From assembly GCA_030248215.1 (NCBI GenBank), contig JASANG010003930.1, positions 248,001 to 312,000 on the forward strand: DNA of 64,000 nucleotides. Direction: 5' to 3'. Source of the DNA: Enoplolaimus lenunculus (taxonomy: Eukaryota). The translations under genes and the position numbers were made by a program. The notes under the pieces are model-generated. The model saw only the letters and a list, made by a program, of their open reading frames with translations, had not been told where the DNA came from and did no database searches. Shown piece after piece: positions 1 through 14,500 of this stretch; the first letter of the stretch is position 1; each line of letters begins with the position of its first letter.

Positions 1-661
1 CCAAGTGTGTCAACCATTTTGTTTGTTTTGAATTCTAACGATAAATCAACTGCTAACAACAATATCACTCTTTGCAGGTTTTATACGTGCGTGACCCTAA
101 ATTTGCATGTAGGTATGCTTGCGTTTCGTTGGTGAGGCGGGCACTAGACCAAAGTCCCTCATACTCGGCAAATACCACCAGGTTCAGCCCCCCATTCGAA
201 AAATCTAAACGGGTTCGCAATTTCATCTGAAAATTGTGAAAAAGATGAGCGTTGCCACTGGATCAGTGAATGTGCTACTTATTAAGTAAAAAATGCCAGT
301 AGCAATGCTTATCTGTTACTTTTTTTCGTTTAAGCAAAGCCTTAAACTCGAAATCATTTATTAAGCAAACGTTTTGCTCAAAAAATGAAAAAATTTTCAA
401 AAATAGAAATTTTTGTCTACCCCTACTTTAAACCGAGGGCATTTCTTGAAAGTCTTCCCAATCGACAAATCTCCCCGGGTTGAACCTGGAGGCCCTTCTG
501 AAAAAGCCCCTCACTCGAGATTGGGCTAGCGAAATACCAGGTACGTAACCTTAAAAATGTAGGTGTATTTATTTTTTAAAATAATTTGATTTTTTACAAT
601 GAACTCGTCCGTATTAAAAGTAATAATAGCATAGGCGTTACTGCAATAATAAAAGGATTAC

Positions 662-3600
662 CTTTCTCGCTAAATACACCAATACTCTGTCGATGCGCCA
701 AGACAATAGCAAGTGGACATCCAAGAAGGAAAAGTCGTGAAGTTTCGAAGCATAACACAGTTGAACGAATTGAGTTGCTTCTCTGCAAACGCTCATTTAC
801 AGCGTTACGTTCCATTCGCTGATTACTTTGGTTCTGTTTGTCATGGTCTTCAATATCTGTAACAAACAAGGTTAAAAAAGCAACTAAAACTATAATTTAA
901 CAAGTCAATTTTATGCAATGTGCTTAATCAGTGCACTCAGACCCAACATAAGATAAACAAAATTAATGTTACATTTCTTTATGTCCCTTTAACGTTAAAA
1001 ATATGCATCATCCTTGGTAAAATGATGATGCTTGATAAGTACCCAAGTGCCATACTTTTCTACATACTATCTGAGTTTCCGAAATCTCAAGTATTAACTT
1101 AACTTTTGCTTGTTGATTATCGAGACAAAAGCAAAAAGTCAATTTTGTGCCGCCGCGACAAGAAACCGATAATTTTTCTTCATACCAAGGAGCCACCTTA
1201 AATCTACAATTTTAAATAGACTATGTGTAGTATGTTAGAACTGTCAGACTGTACCACATGAAATATTTTAAATGTCTTAAAATTAACTTAATTTAGTGCG
1301 CTTCTAGAAATTAAGAACAAGTCAAGCAATATTATTACTTAAGTATAAAGTTATACTTAAGTAAGGTTTCAGAAAACAAGCCGTTGTCACATTTTCATAC
1401 TTACCTGTAAGTGTAGTAAACGATTCGAAAGACGATATAGCGTCACCAAACTGTGTTTCAACCACGCTACCTGAACAGTTATTGATTTCAACACGTGGTA
1501 CTGCCCGAATATCCATAGATTTCTGCAATGAATAAATTCAATTTATTTTGCTATCAAATGTATTTCAGTTTAGCGAACGAAACAAAAATATTCTGGAAAT
1601 AAATTTTCATACTTTTTCTGGAATCAAGCATAACAAAAGTAATAGTACTCTAACTGCGTATGAATAGAATTTTCATATAGATGCCTTTAACTAAAAATAT
1701 GACCTCAAACACATACAAAACTGAATTCAGAAACTACGTATACGTTACTGTGATTTTATTAGTGAGACTAATAACGCAGACGTGGGATCACACATTATCT
1801 GTTTAACTGGCTATATAGCGCGTGCTCATACATAAGACCGTCAATTTTTTGACATCTAACTGTTTTAGTTTCATAGTCATCCTAATTTCATACCAATGTA
1901 CTGCATTCGTCAGAGCCATCCATAGCAGCCAAGTTATATTCGCTTGCGTCACTCGTCCAACCTTCCACTGTTTGCTCAGCCAGCTCGCAGATACTAACTG
2001 AGTTAAAGCGAAAGTAATCCACTGAGCATTTTCTTGGGCTCAAATTGTAATTATTGTTACTGACAGTCTGATCGGTTGGTTTGGTTCCTTCCGAGGAATG
2101 TGTAATGTGACGTTTGCCCTTATTTCGAGCTAAATGAGCTTTCGATGTCTGCACTAGCGTATCGTACGCAAGTAGACCACCAATCATGTCGCCAATGATA
2201 CAAACCTTAAGTTATTTACCATTTAGTGACACGGTTTGTCGTAAACATTTGAAATTACCCAACGCATAACCTGCTGGTTAGAGACGTACTGTCACATTTG
2301 CCGTTACAATAACTCAAAACTTAATCACGCAAAAAGCCATCGATAAATGCTAGCTAAGTTTACTATTATATAAACAATCCTACACATCTACGCATTTATA
2401 CAATGTTAATTGTTTTATAGCACATAAAAACAAAAAGCAGCAAACGACTGAAAATGTTAACGCAGTAAATAATAAGAACAATACAGGCTCAAGCTGAATA
2501 ACTAACATATTGTGTAAATTTTACTACGGGCAAAGTTACATACTTGTTATCTAAATGTTTACACCAACTTACTTCACCACGAAATCCGCAGCCTTCCTCA
2601 GAACGCAAAAAATTTAAATATTCTGAATTCGCACGGTGAACAACTGTGGACAAAGCACGAGAATATGTTTGAGTTGCACACGCTAATAACGGTATAAGTG
2701 ATGGGCAAAAATTGTCACAGCAATGTGTTGCACTGGCTGAAAGACTGCCACCTACAGGACTCAAGGGATCAGAAATTTGTGCAGAACTATTCGATGTGAA
2801 CATTCGTTGTCCCCGAGTCCCATATGGACAAATGCTATAACAACAATAATAATATTAATAAATTATAATAATTATTAAAAAATAATAGCACGTATATACG
2901 CACACTACACAATAAACAATTCTACAGCAGGCCGACCAAAATACCACATAAGTCAATACCTTATTAGTTTTGCTAATACTTCACCACAGACCGGAGGGCA
3001 CGCAACAAGTTTGATAGCAATTCTTCCGGTTAAAAATCGATAATTTGTACGAATAACACTATCCAGAGTAGTTCTGAAACATAAGTAAATGCTCATTAAA
3101 GCACCTCAATGTCGCAAATTTCAACTAAATAAGTTGCAGAGTTCTGACAAACAAAGAGCAAAAAATAATTCCCGATATTTTCAAACATGTAACAAACACA
3201 AACTCCAAACGCTAATTAAACTATTAATAGAACTGAGTAAATTTAGAATGACTAAAGATTTCGTAAAACTGCTGTATATACACTTTCGTATAGCAAAATT
3301 TCTAACAAAATGCAGCCACTTTATAACCGAAATAATAATTCATAAGTTAAGATTAACAAAAACGCGTATACGTGTAATATTCCTGTGTTTTCCATCGGGG
3401 TCACGCTAGAAGGGGAAAGATGAACTCCAGTAATATCACAGCAATAATAAGTACCTAAGAGTATTGACATCAGTCTGTTTGGCACTGAGAAAATCACGCT
3501 CTGAGCTAGGATATGCACTGTCCAATGGACTGCCGCCGTGAAATACAAGAAGTAACGTTGATGTTTGGCAAGAACTTGAGGCAAAGTCGACTGTACTGCT

Positions 3601-6600
3601 AACACCCCGAAAAATGGGTTGATCAGATATTTGGCATTCGTATTTGGTATCACGCTCCTGAGCATTCATCTGAGAATCTAGAAACGTAAGAATAATAATA
3701 AAACTCCTTGCTTAAAAACTTGAACGTCGAACAAGCCGCTAAAACTGACCTTTAAAACATATTCTTGAATTTATTAGCCTGAGCATTCGCTGGGTCACGG
3801 CGTAGTTGGGGGCATCAACAGGGGAGTGCGGAGGTTCGAAACCGAGAGTATCTTGACCAATAGCTATATAGACACGCAAATCAGCAATTATTGTAGTATA
3901 AGATGACATTCTACCTTCTTGTCGATCAACAATTTCAACTGAATTCCATTTGGCAAACGAGCTGCGACAAAGTTCCGTTTCACTAATGTCCCCAGATTTA
4001 GCAGTGTCCTTGCTAATATGACTATCCGGTGCAATATAATAATTAGAATCCATTGTGTTAAAGCATTCACCAGCGCGCTGCCGCAAGCTATCGTTAACAT
4101 AACCGTCATTATCATCAGTGTTGAGACTGTCTATAAAAACAAACGTAACATTAAAATGCACAAGTATATGCCATCCGTCTGGCGTTCCAAAATTCGAAAT
4201 AAATCTCGCTGACACATTACGTCTACAGCAAATCGAACCTGTCGTAATGGCACTACATGTATTGAGCGAAGCTCGAATATACTTAAGCAATCAAGCTAAT
4301 ATACAAATTAGTTATTAGCTACAATTCATTTAGCGGCGTTGGAGGTTTGTAAACAATTTATTCAGATTCTTCGCACACAAAAACCCTTCAGTAACCCTAA
4401 TAATTAGTGAAATATTGCAAAAAGTCGTCATTTAGGCTTATCAATTATGCTAATACGCAAATTAGTTATTAGCTAACTAATAAATTATCGGTTTTGAAGG
4501 TTTGAAGAGAATTTATTCCGATTTCTCGTACCCAAAAATCCTTTACTGCTGAAATTACACTGCTTGTTCAAAAAAGTCCCTAAAAGTTAGGCTTATCAAT
4601 TATGCTAATAGGCAAATTAGCTATAAGTTAACTATTAACTTATCGGTTTTGAAGGTTTGTAGACAATTTATTCAGATGCCTCGCACCCAAAATTCCTTTT
4701 TTGTGATACTGAACACACAGACATTTATGTTTCCAATATTGAAACAAGCAGCGATGAATCAATTACCTTTTCATTTATGATTTAGAATATAGAGTTTGAA
4801 AGCCGGGAAATGCTTGTTTATATTTTTAAGATTCGAGAAAATAAGCCATTGGGATCAGCTCCATCGTACAGTGGGTGTTTAAATGATCCGCATACCGTAA
4901 TCAATTATATTCCAAGACACATTTTGTACTGTATTTTTCGTTGATTTACATGTCCACGTTTTATTTATGTATAAATAATAGGTGTTACCGGAATGCCACC
5001 CTAAAGGTGGCTTGCTTCCGATGGACGATTGAATTAGGCTAGTTGTTGTCGTTAAAAGAAGTTAATAGTACTAGTCAAACGTCAAAATGCAATTATTTGC
5101 TTAATTGCAAAAGTCCTAATTCAGGCTTCAATTATACTAGCATGCAAATTAGCCATTAAGCTCACTATTCAATTATCGGTTTTGGAGGTTTGTAATCAAT
5201 TCATTCAGATTCCTCTGACTTAAAAACCCTTTAGTGCTGAAATTAGATTGATTGTAACCACTTTCGAACCCCGAGCACAAGACATAAAATGCTTCGCGAA
5301 ACTCCAAGGTGCGGTCGGAGTTTCACTTCCCTCAATAATTACATTTTACCACGAATCTAGTCCTGCATTTTTATCAACTTATTTTTGTAATGCAACACCG
5401 AACATTGACCTATAGTTAGCAAAAATTAAAACTAGTTTAAGTTTCATTTTAAAGTTCAGTGGTTTTCAAACAAAAAGTGAAAGAGCCTGGAACAAACGTA
5501 AGCTTGTTGAGACGAATAATGTCTAATCCGACAAAAGACAGATCGAAATTTTGTACACATGTCGCGGACGTCATTGCCAAAAATATTGCGAACGACGTAT
5601 AACACATAATTTTAAATCTGTCAACCACGTTGTATAATTCTCACTCACCAAATGCATCGTAGTACTCATCATCCGGTGATTTGTTAAAGCTTGAATTGCG
5701 GCGTATCAACCTATATGGGTCATGTCGACCAGATGAGGTCAGACCCGGCGAAATAGCTGAAAAAGTGATACCCTCTTGAATACACAACCTAGTCATTGAG
5801 TAGTATTCACAATATGAATATGGCCGGTGTCAATTATAGTGGTCTGCCCATTGGGACACTGGAAGGCATAGGTCCATGTTTAGGCTTATCCTAATACTTA
5901 AGCTTAGAAGGCACGCTTCTATACTGAACATGAACCATAAATATAAAATGCCACGCATAAAATTTCACAGGTAGGCAAAATCGCACCAAAAACCAAACCA
6001 ATCTACTCAAAATAAACAAAAACTAGCGTAACGTTGAGCTTGAAAAGAGGTTTGCAACATTATACAGCGACGGCAGTACAAAGCGTGCAACAAAATTACT
6101 ACCGTTTTTAGTTACCTCGACTACTACTTTTTCTGTCAGCCAACCGTTCTTCGTGCGATAAGCCATTTTCTTCTACGGCCTCCTGTTGCTGAAATTGTTC
6201 CCCATTTGGCAGAAAATCCGTGTTTTCTGCGTCTCTGCCTAGTGATGCAGCCATCTGAAGGCAAATTTAGTGTTTTTGAAACACTTTTACTTACAACACA
6301 ACTGAACGAAGTTGGTTCAACAGTTCCTAGCTCAAAATACAAAGTAAATAATTTACGTCTGAATATTAACTGGAACCAAAATTACACAGGATGAAATCTA
6401 ACTTAATAACTTAAAAGTTGCTTAAATTTGCTAAAGCATTTTTCGTTGCTTAGAAACCCCTATCCAAGCATTAAATTTGTGGATCTGCTTACCACTTTAT
6501 TCAATTGCGCCTGTGCTTCCTTTTCAAGTTCGCGAACATCATCAAGAGATAAACCAAACCATTCATCCTGCCATGCCCATGCCTGACGATGAGCTCTTAA

Positions 6601-9600
6601 CATCGTTTTTCGAAGCGCTAAAACAGGCGGAAAATATTATTCAACAATTTATCTTGCTCGAAATGGCAATGACGTCTGAACATCCAGTATAATCAGTAAC
6701 AAAAATCATTTTTACACATTCGCAAAATCGCAATCACTGTACACTCAATTCTTCTAATAGTGACACCACTTATGTAACTTTTCTCCTTGAACCGATACAA
6801 CCAAGTGTGGAAAAGAAACCAAACTTAACAGAAATTAATTTATAATAAATTGATGTGTACCGAATCATAAATATCAAGCGAAATTCCTTCACTACTAAAG
6901 TCCTTTAAACAACAATACTTCCGCTATAAAGCTGCGGTTTTGCTAAACTGCTGGCGGTGGGAAACAACGTCTAGAAAATGAACTTGGCATCGGCGTAGAA
7001 AAGTCTAAGGCTAGGAACCTCTCGCGTTTAAGGAACCCTAATCGAAATAAAAATTTCGTTACATAAAGCGTAAAAACATTAAAACGAATGTAGAAGCAAT
7101 CAATTAAAAAATCAAGTTACAAGTATACACATACCGATATCATGTATAAATCGTTCAATTTTCGACTGCATTCCCCAGTACCGGAATTCAACACGACACA
7201 CTTTGTACGCGGTCATTAACGGTAAATTATTACTGATGCAATGTTGGACCCAGCCTGAGCTCAGCGGACCTCTGCCAGTTCGAGTAGACACGTACAGAGT
7301 AGGATCTTCATCTTTATTGTAGTCACCAGACGAAATGGAATCATTCACAATATCGATTACATCTGAAAAAAGTATGATACCACAGTCAACAACGACGATC
7401 AAAAACGGTTAAATACAATTTCAAGCCTTGTTCAAAACTTCGTACTTCACAGTTACGTAGATTGCAAAAACCCTTACATAGTGGACGGAAAATAGCTACC
7501 CCACCACGATTGGCGTATTCTAGCTAAATAAACTGAAATCGACAGTTTGAGTAAGATTCAAATAGCAAATAAAGTGAAATTCCGTTGAGAACACATTCAA
7601 AGCTTAGAGGTAGCGCTAACGCATGTTTTTGTCTTTCCGATTTTATAAGTATAATAATAAAACCATTGGGGGTTCAAATGGAACACTAGTTAAATGCCAG
7701 CATTACTTATATACATTCTTTTAGTAAATGACAAGTTATATTACTAAAGTACCGACAATTCTTTCTTTAAGCTCGTTTGCGCTTAGATCAAAAACGTTGT
7801 TTTGATGACCTCCGTCATTAAAATAACGAGTTTCGACATCAAGTGAGAAACGTTCCACAAAAGGAGTTGTATAACGAGTACGAGTGTATGGATATGCGTT
7901 CCATGCTTCTTCATTTACTTTCAGTGCGTTTTCCGGTAAAATTGAGCAAAACCACGCTGAATATTGCATAAATCTGCTGCATATTTTGGTGTACAAGCTA
8001 GTTTTTGACCTTTTAATACATATTATTAGTTTGTATTTATCTTGCTTAAGCGTAGTTTTTTAATAAATCAGTTATTAATGATCGCCCAAAACACGACATG
8101 TAGCATTATTACATGCCTAACTCCGAATTACCAATGCTAGTTGATAAATTGGAGCACAAATGACGAAATAGAACACGCAAAAAACTTTAAAAAGACCTAT
8201 CAACATAACTATTCAAAATATTACGTGCCATAAGTCAGGGTGGCACCGAATCCACGATTTGACCGAATCCGAATCCGAATTTGAATCCAGTGCTAATTTG
8301 CCGAATCCGAAACCGAATCCAAATCCTGCATGTTACGAATTTCAGATATATCTATAATTTTTTCAGAATATCAACGCAATGCCAGCCGTATAACTTTTAA
8401 TACATTAATATATTTCGTCCCGACGTCAGTTCTGAGATTTCTCACCTGAAATAAAAAATATTGATTTTTTATAGCAAGGTATATAAAAATTTTATTGCTT
8501 AAAAACGAAAAAACATATTGCCGAACTTTGTTGGATTCGGCTTTTGGATTCGGCTTTTCACAGCCGAATCCAAATCCGAATCCGAACCTCAAATTTTTGC
8601 CGAATCCGAATCCGAATCCAAACCTTTGTTGCCACCCTGCCATTAGTACATATCTGTGTTATACTTTAAAATTAACATTACCACATACCGTACATTGTTT
8701 ATGTAATTTGCTAAATTTTAGAATAAAAATTAACGAAGTGCAGTTCATAGTAATATAATTTTGTGTCTTCGAACACAATTATAGAAGCAAGTTTTTTTGA
8801 AAAGTTTTCGTAAAGGCCATCACGTTTTTGAAATAATTGTAAAAAAATGGCGGAATTAAGTACTACTCATTCCCTCCTATATAAACACCTGATGCAAATA
8901 TACAATTCAGTCGACCGCCGACACTTAAAACTCGATGTGGATGTAATCTATGAGAATAATTCACCTGGCAAATGGCTGCCGATGTGATATACTTTGTAAG
9001 TGTACTGCCCTTCGCCGCCTGGACCATCCGAATAAGGCTTGTTCTCGATTATTTCAATTCCACTGCCACTGCCTTTTGTTTCTTGTCGACTCTTTTTCTA
9101 AAAGAAAAGTAACATATAGCACAGCATTGTTGCTTGAAGCAGGGCAACATCCAAACCACGATTACACCAAATCTGAACCTATAGTGTGCAGCCACACTGG
9201 TTTAAGTATTACATAAAACAATTTAGGCAACTTTTCACCGAATTTCAACACACAAATACTTAGAATTACGAAGAATCGCCTGGGTGCTAACGTTTTAGAG
9301 TCTCCTCGAGATAAATTGGATAAAATGCGTTCATTACGTAAGCTGTATATGCTTCGTTGAACTACATATACACGAATGCGTTTATTTTTAAAATTAAAAT
9401 TTTGCGCTCAAGCTGTTTGCAGAAATAAAAACCTATATTTTTACCAGGTATGGACGGTCTCGGATAAAACTCAGACTGTGACCGAAACCTGACTACCGAG
9501 ACCGGCCGTGAAAAGCCTAGGTCTCGGTCAATCTTTGGTCATCGCGGAAAAAATTAAAATTTTCAACATAAATTTTATTTAATGTTTTTTCGTAGTTTTT

Positions 9601-10150
9601 TGTTTTTCACAGTTTTGAGTGTTTTCAATATATCTGCTCACAATAATTGCGTAACTATGAAAGTTCATAAATTCACTGCGAAATTTTATCCATCTGGCAT
9701 AACTTATTTCAACAATTCAGCGATGCGTTTGCTGAATCTCCGACGTCTCATCTCGGTTCCAAAAAACCGAGACTCAAAACACAAAGACCGAGGTCTGCCG
9801 ATACCGAGACTAGGTCTGCCAATACCGAGACTTGCCGAGACCGAGACTCCCATCCTTGACAGTTTCCACATTGATTCTTAAAGCTAGCAACCAGGTTTTC
9901 TTCATGTATATACAACATAAAATAAAATTTTTCGAAACTAAACTTGTACTTCATTACTACTATTAAACGTCTGCAAAATGACTGTTAATTACGGCATCTA
10001 TAATAACATGCATAGTGAAAGTAAAATAGAATAGAATGTCTTGATCTAAGGCTTCCATCTTTCATAACTCACCTGAATCATATAGAGTTGAGCAATTCTA
10101 TACTCTTCAACCGTCAGCGGCAAAGGAATCCTGTACTCTTTGATTAGCAT
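662..10150 (-). CDS. PITPNM: Membrane-associated phosphatidylinositol transfer protein (PITPNM/Nir2/RdgB type), 5' portion; gene continues beyond the left edge
   Basis: Exons (minus), all GT-AG and phase-consistent: 10150-10073, 9097-8965, 7956-7753, 7362-7135, 6617-6493, 6254-6116, 5756-5649, 4130-3915, 3863-3750, 3677-3455, 3073-2960, 2834-2573, 2205-1894, 1522-1405, 856-662. Translation gives the PITP domain (MLIKEYRIPLPLTVEEYRIAQLYMIQKKSR, EEAWNAYPYTRTRY, CRVEFRYWGMQSKIERFIHD, RAHRQAWAWQDEW), a FFAT-like DDEYYDAF, VCIIGDMIGGLLAYD and the DDHD start FETSRLFLLGCPLAIVLAHR. The 3863-3750 exon boundaries are the least certain. Confidence 0.93.
4290..5255. repeat. Degenerate ~155-bp tandem repeat (about 3 adjacent copies plus one detached copy) in a PITPNM intron
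   Basis: Motif gctaat..caaattag.ta.tagct...ttatcggttttgaaggtttgt...aatttattcagatt.ctcgcaccc recurs near 4295, 4449, 4604 and 5136. Confidence 0.7.
8236..8639. mobile_element. hAT-like MITE
   Basis: TIR CAGGGTGGCA...TGCCACCCTG; 8-bp TSD ccataagt/ccattagt (7/8); subterminal (CCGAAT)n repeats, which explain the FGFGFG/PNPNPN pseudo-ORFs. Confidence 0.88.
9445..9858. mobile_element. hAT-like MITE of the CCGAGA-repeat family
   Basis: Ends CAGGTATGGACGGTCTCGG...CCGAGACTCCCATCCTTG resemble the copies at 40097 and 43762; no clear TSD. Confidence 0.6.
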
Positions 10151-11477
10151 TGTTGTGAAGCGGACTTATCTTTCAATAAGTGTATTTTTCAGCATTTTTC
10201 CGGCGTTCTACAGTTCGTTGCTGCAGTACGTATAACATATTTTATAAAACACCGTAAGCTAAGTCTGGATAAAATGTTGTGTAAATGTTTTTATCAAATT
10301 TAATGAAATGGCGCATGCGCTGCAAATACATAAACAACAAAGATATATCTAACTTGATTTAACTATGTACTAGATTGGATCTGAAACTAAAATTGAAATA
10401 AACATTTCTTGACAAATTTTCGTTTTGATACCAACTGCTAATTGATATGTTGTACTGAAGGTCAGTCTAGGTAGGAACCGGACCTTCCGACCTTTTTAAC
10501 TAAGCAGCTGGAATAGCGGGGCTACAGAGCTGGGATCGAAATTCAAACCTGTAGACTCTTAGGGGAACGCTTATTTTCGCTTGGATAGTGGATACCGTGT
10601 TCAAAGCGCGGTAAATTACCATTGCGATCACTGCGTAGACCCATGTAGGATTCAAAGGCAAGCGCTCTGGAAATGCGCCACGTAGCCCGCCTCATCAAAT
10701 GCTTTTAGAGTCGACTATGTTTGTCGACAAGTATACCGCCGAACAGCCTATATATACTGCACTGCACTATATTGCATGTGCACATAAGTGACAAGTATGT
10801 TTGAAATATAACTCTGGAATGCTTAAACGTATATCAAACCGATAATATTCAGGTTTATAAGATTCACATATAAAGCCCAGTTTTGCATAAACTTACGCTT
10901 TAAAGGCTGATCATTATGTCAACTGCAATTCATTTTTATGAAACATTTATTAGAATCGAAATGCAGATTCTGTACAAATGATGATGGTCTCAAAATAGCT
11001 TAACTATAATAAATCACTCGAACGACACTAGCTAACTATTTATATGCATTTAAATTTCGGAATGTTGGAAATAGAATCATTAGATGGATTCGTGAAATAG
11101 CCGCTTCCAACCTTGCCGCTTTTGCCTTATTAGCAAAACATTATATACAAGAAAATGTAGACTACACAAATGGACAAAGTTATTGCTTGAAAAATTAATT
11201 ACAATAAACAAGAAAAATAAACCAAGCTATTTCTAAATGTACATTGCACAGGCGTAGTAGACCATTCATTATCAAGCACTGTGTAATTTCACCATGTGGC
11301 CTGTAGCGCACATGCAATATATAAAATTAACGTTTTGTGTGCAACAAGATCGTTTAAGCTGCTCTTGGGCCATTGATCGTCGTAGCTGCTCATTCGTGCG
11401 TACTCAGAGCATTTCTCAGACAAGAAAATAACTTCAACCTTGGTTTATTACCAATTACCAAAATTTTACCCATTCTA

Positions 11478-11532
11478 AATATATATATCAATATATATCA
11501 ATATATATCAATATACATCAATATATATATAT
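11478..11532. repeat. AT-rich simple repeat (ATATATATCA)n
   Basis: Directly visible. Confidence 0.8.
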
Positions 11533-14500
11533 TTTTCGTTCAGTTAAGTGAACATTTCAAACAGTTTGCAAGTTGTCGGTGGGTTTAAGCCCTATGATTA
11601 CCGCACTCCTTCTTTGTATTAAATCATCATACAGAGCCTTTTTCACTTTGTTCACAATGAATAATTTCACTTCGCAACGGCTTTGTTTGCTGCAATGTCG
11701 ACAAAAGCTTTTGTTGCGTATCTTGATGTACAAGAATGTACGACAATTCGTCACCCGACAGCTTGTCGCTCAACAGTGTCCTATTAAAGCCTGTGAATCA
11801 ATCTAAGCATAATAGTAAGCGTAATTAGTTTCTTTCGTCCATTTGTCCTTCAAACAATTTAGTAGAACCAGATGGACGGGTTTTGCTGCGAGCACTGATA
11901 GTAAAATTTAGCTAGTCTACGCCGCTCATAATTTCTTTTGTCAAAGACCCTAGTATATATAGCACAAGTGGCAGCAATATTTTTAAGAAATCAATGCAAA
12001 GCAGGAATAGCATACATAGTTTACTCATTGTCAGTTGGTCCCGTGTTTTGTTACTATAAAATTTACAAGCTCAAAAGTTAAGTTGTCTTCAGACTTTTCC
12101 TCATCGCTTATTTTACTATACTGCACAACCAAGAACTTGAAGCTCAAATATAATACCCGTTTCAAGAAACGAGAATATTTTGTTGAATACTTTTCACTTC
12201 ATTTAAAGCCACAAAACTTAAGTAAAAATTATGACTTACGTTGAGATCAAACTTTGGCCGTGTCTTTGCAAGCCAGCGTGAAAAACCAACTAAAGTCAGA
12301 GGCCAACTTCAGTTAATAGTGTCTTTGCATTGTAATCATTATACCATTTCGGGGGGCATGCGAAACATTTTGCAATCGAGCGTAGCGAACACAAAATTTT
12401 TTTTAAGCTTTAGAATTCAGCACGGGGTTTTAAAAACTTTAAACTTCCATTTTTCTCAACTCTCCAAAAACTTCTGAAGAGGATATATCTCCCTATCTGG
12501 CTCTCTAGTGTACTCTTTGGTTCCAGTTTTCTGAACACACATAAAGTTTCGGCTCACAACGTATCTGGCTGTAACTGTTTGGAAATCCACATCACACCCA
12601 GAACATACAAGATATGAAATTAAGTCCAAGTAGGTTCCGGCAGCTATTAACATTCGTAGACTTAAAGCACCACAAAACAGGATTTGTCTTGTGCAAGGAG
12701 CATATAACAATCGTAAAATACTGAAATGTACCGTCACTTAGAGACAGAAATTGCCATTTCAGAAACATTCGAAGGTTAAACAAATTTTTAACAACCAATA
12801 TTACGTACGTAAAGCCATGACCTTAATAAAATATCAAAATTAAAAAACCGCTGGAGCAAGGCAATATTCTATTATTACTTCTAGAAACTATACCACATTT
12901 AGCGGCAAAAAACAAATCGATTACCCACCAAAGTGAACACAAACTCTGCTGGCAACGATGTGAGATTATGCAACTAAAGCAGAGCTAAAAGAAATCTTTT
13001 CTGCATATATGAACCAAACCGAGTCTATAATAACCATAGACAAAGTGCAAACTGTTTTCGCAGTTCGGCATAACCTCAACAGAAGAGTATATAGATTTTT
13101 AGCTTTGCAGATTATATACGTGCTGTTTTTCAGTAAAGCCGTTCTTTATAGAAAGCTATATGTATAGACTATAAGCAATCTTATACTCTCAAAGCGAAAT
13201 TATATACTGTATCAAAATAGAAAATATACAAATAAAACATACTTTACGCTACGATGACAATGAGGATTGATATGTTTTATTAAAGTGAGACGCATACACA
13301 GTTTGCCAGAAGCCAGATATATACAATCAATATGTCAGAGGAGATTTTTTATAAACATGAAGGCTTCTTTTAGCCACCCACCAGTACAGGCAGCGATTTG
13401 TGTACCAAAATGGTAAAATGATACGCTGCTCGCTGGTTTCCTTTGCGGAGCCAAATTATGAGAGATAGTAACACAACTTGTTTACATTACTATTATAAGT
13501 AAACGCAAAAATTTTTGATGCGGGTACACCTGCGGGTAAAGAATTTCAAAGTGCGGCTGATATTTGTTAATCTTTACTCACCTATAATAAAAACAAACAG
13601 CAGTTCAAAGTACACATATATAGTATAGTATCCCTCAAAATAAAGCAGGTTGCAACGATTATGGTCCTGGAAAGGATGTTTTACCTAAGTTATGATCTAT
13701 GGCCTAGTTTCTTAGTACGGCAACCATCTCATTCACACCAATTTTGTGTGCAAATATGTATACAGTGTTCTGCATTAGGCCCATGAACGCGGGAATACTT
13801 GTCGTAACACGTCAATAGAAATTTTTCGGAACAAGACAAATTGCTACGAAACCATGTTCGGTTTATACGCTCTTAACTACAATGATTTTGTGTAGGCAAG
13901 AATGCTTATCGGCAAACAACCTGGTATTATCGGTGATAGATGTCATTTGCACTATAATCCAGAGTTACATTTTCTTAATGGTTTGTTTTGAAAGTTACTA
14001 TAAGCAGTTATGTAACGTAAATTGGTCGACTAAATCAATGCACTGTAAAATTATACAATTGTACAGAACGCAGAAAACAGGGTGGAGGTAAGGCGGGTAG
14101 TGGGTGGAAAAATTTTACTCCGGTATACCCACGGGAAAACCAAATATAATTTCCACGGGTAAAGCACAGCGCGGATGAAATATCTTTACCCACGTGCACC
14201 TTACACCTCTGCACTTACTTTTCTGCTCAAATCCGGGTATAATTGGAAGCCTACACCCGAATCCGGCTGAAAATCGATACTTGCTGGTGGCCAAGAGGGG
14301 AGGGGCAGGGGGCTCACCCCCTGGAAAAATTTTGGCCCCCCTAAAAGATTTTTAATCTTGCTTGTATGTCATTGAAACCCTTTGAATGCCTCTCCTGAAA
14401 AATTTTTGGGCCATATCGAAAGCAACATAACTGGCTGAATATGTTATTTTTAACTTCCGACCGCGAATGGAAGCAGCCGAAATAAAGTTACATCAGTAAG

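Noticed and set aside
8371..8758. FGFGFG / PNPNPN ORFs
   Set aside because: They arise from CCGAAT subterminal repeats of a MITE.
11627..13150. Possible extra minus-strand gene (exon-like pieces 12120-12067 YSKISDEEKSEDNLTFEL and 11790-11627 FNRTLLSDKL...KGSV*)
   Set aside because: Splice sites are plausible, but I could not build a phase-consistent model or recognise homology; it needs RNA-seq.
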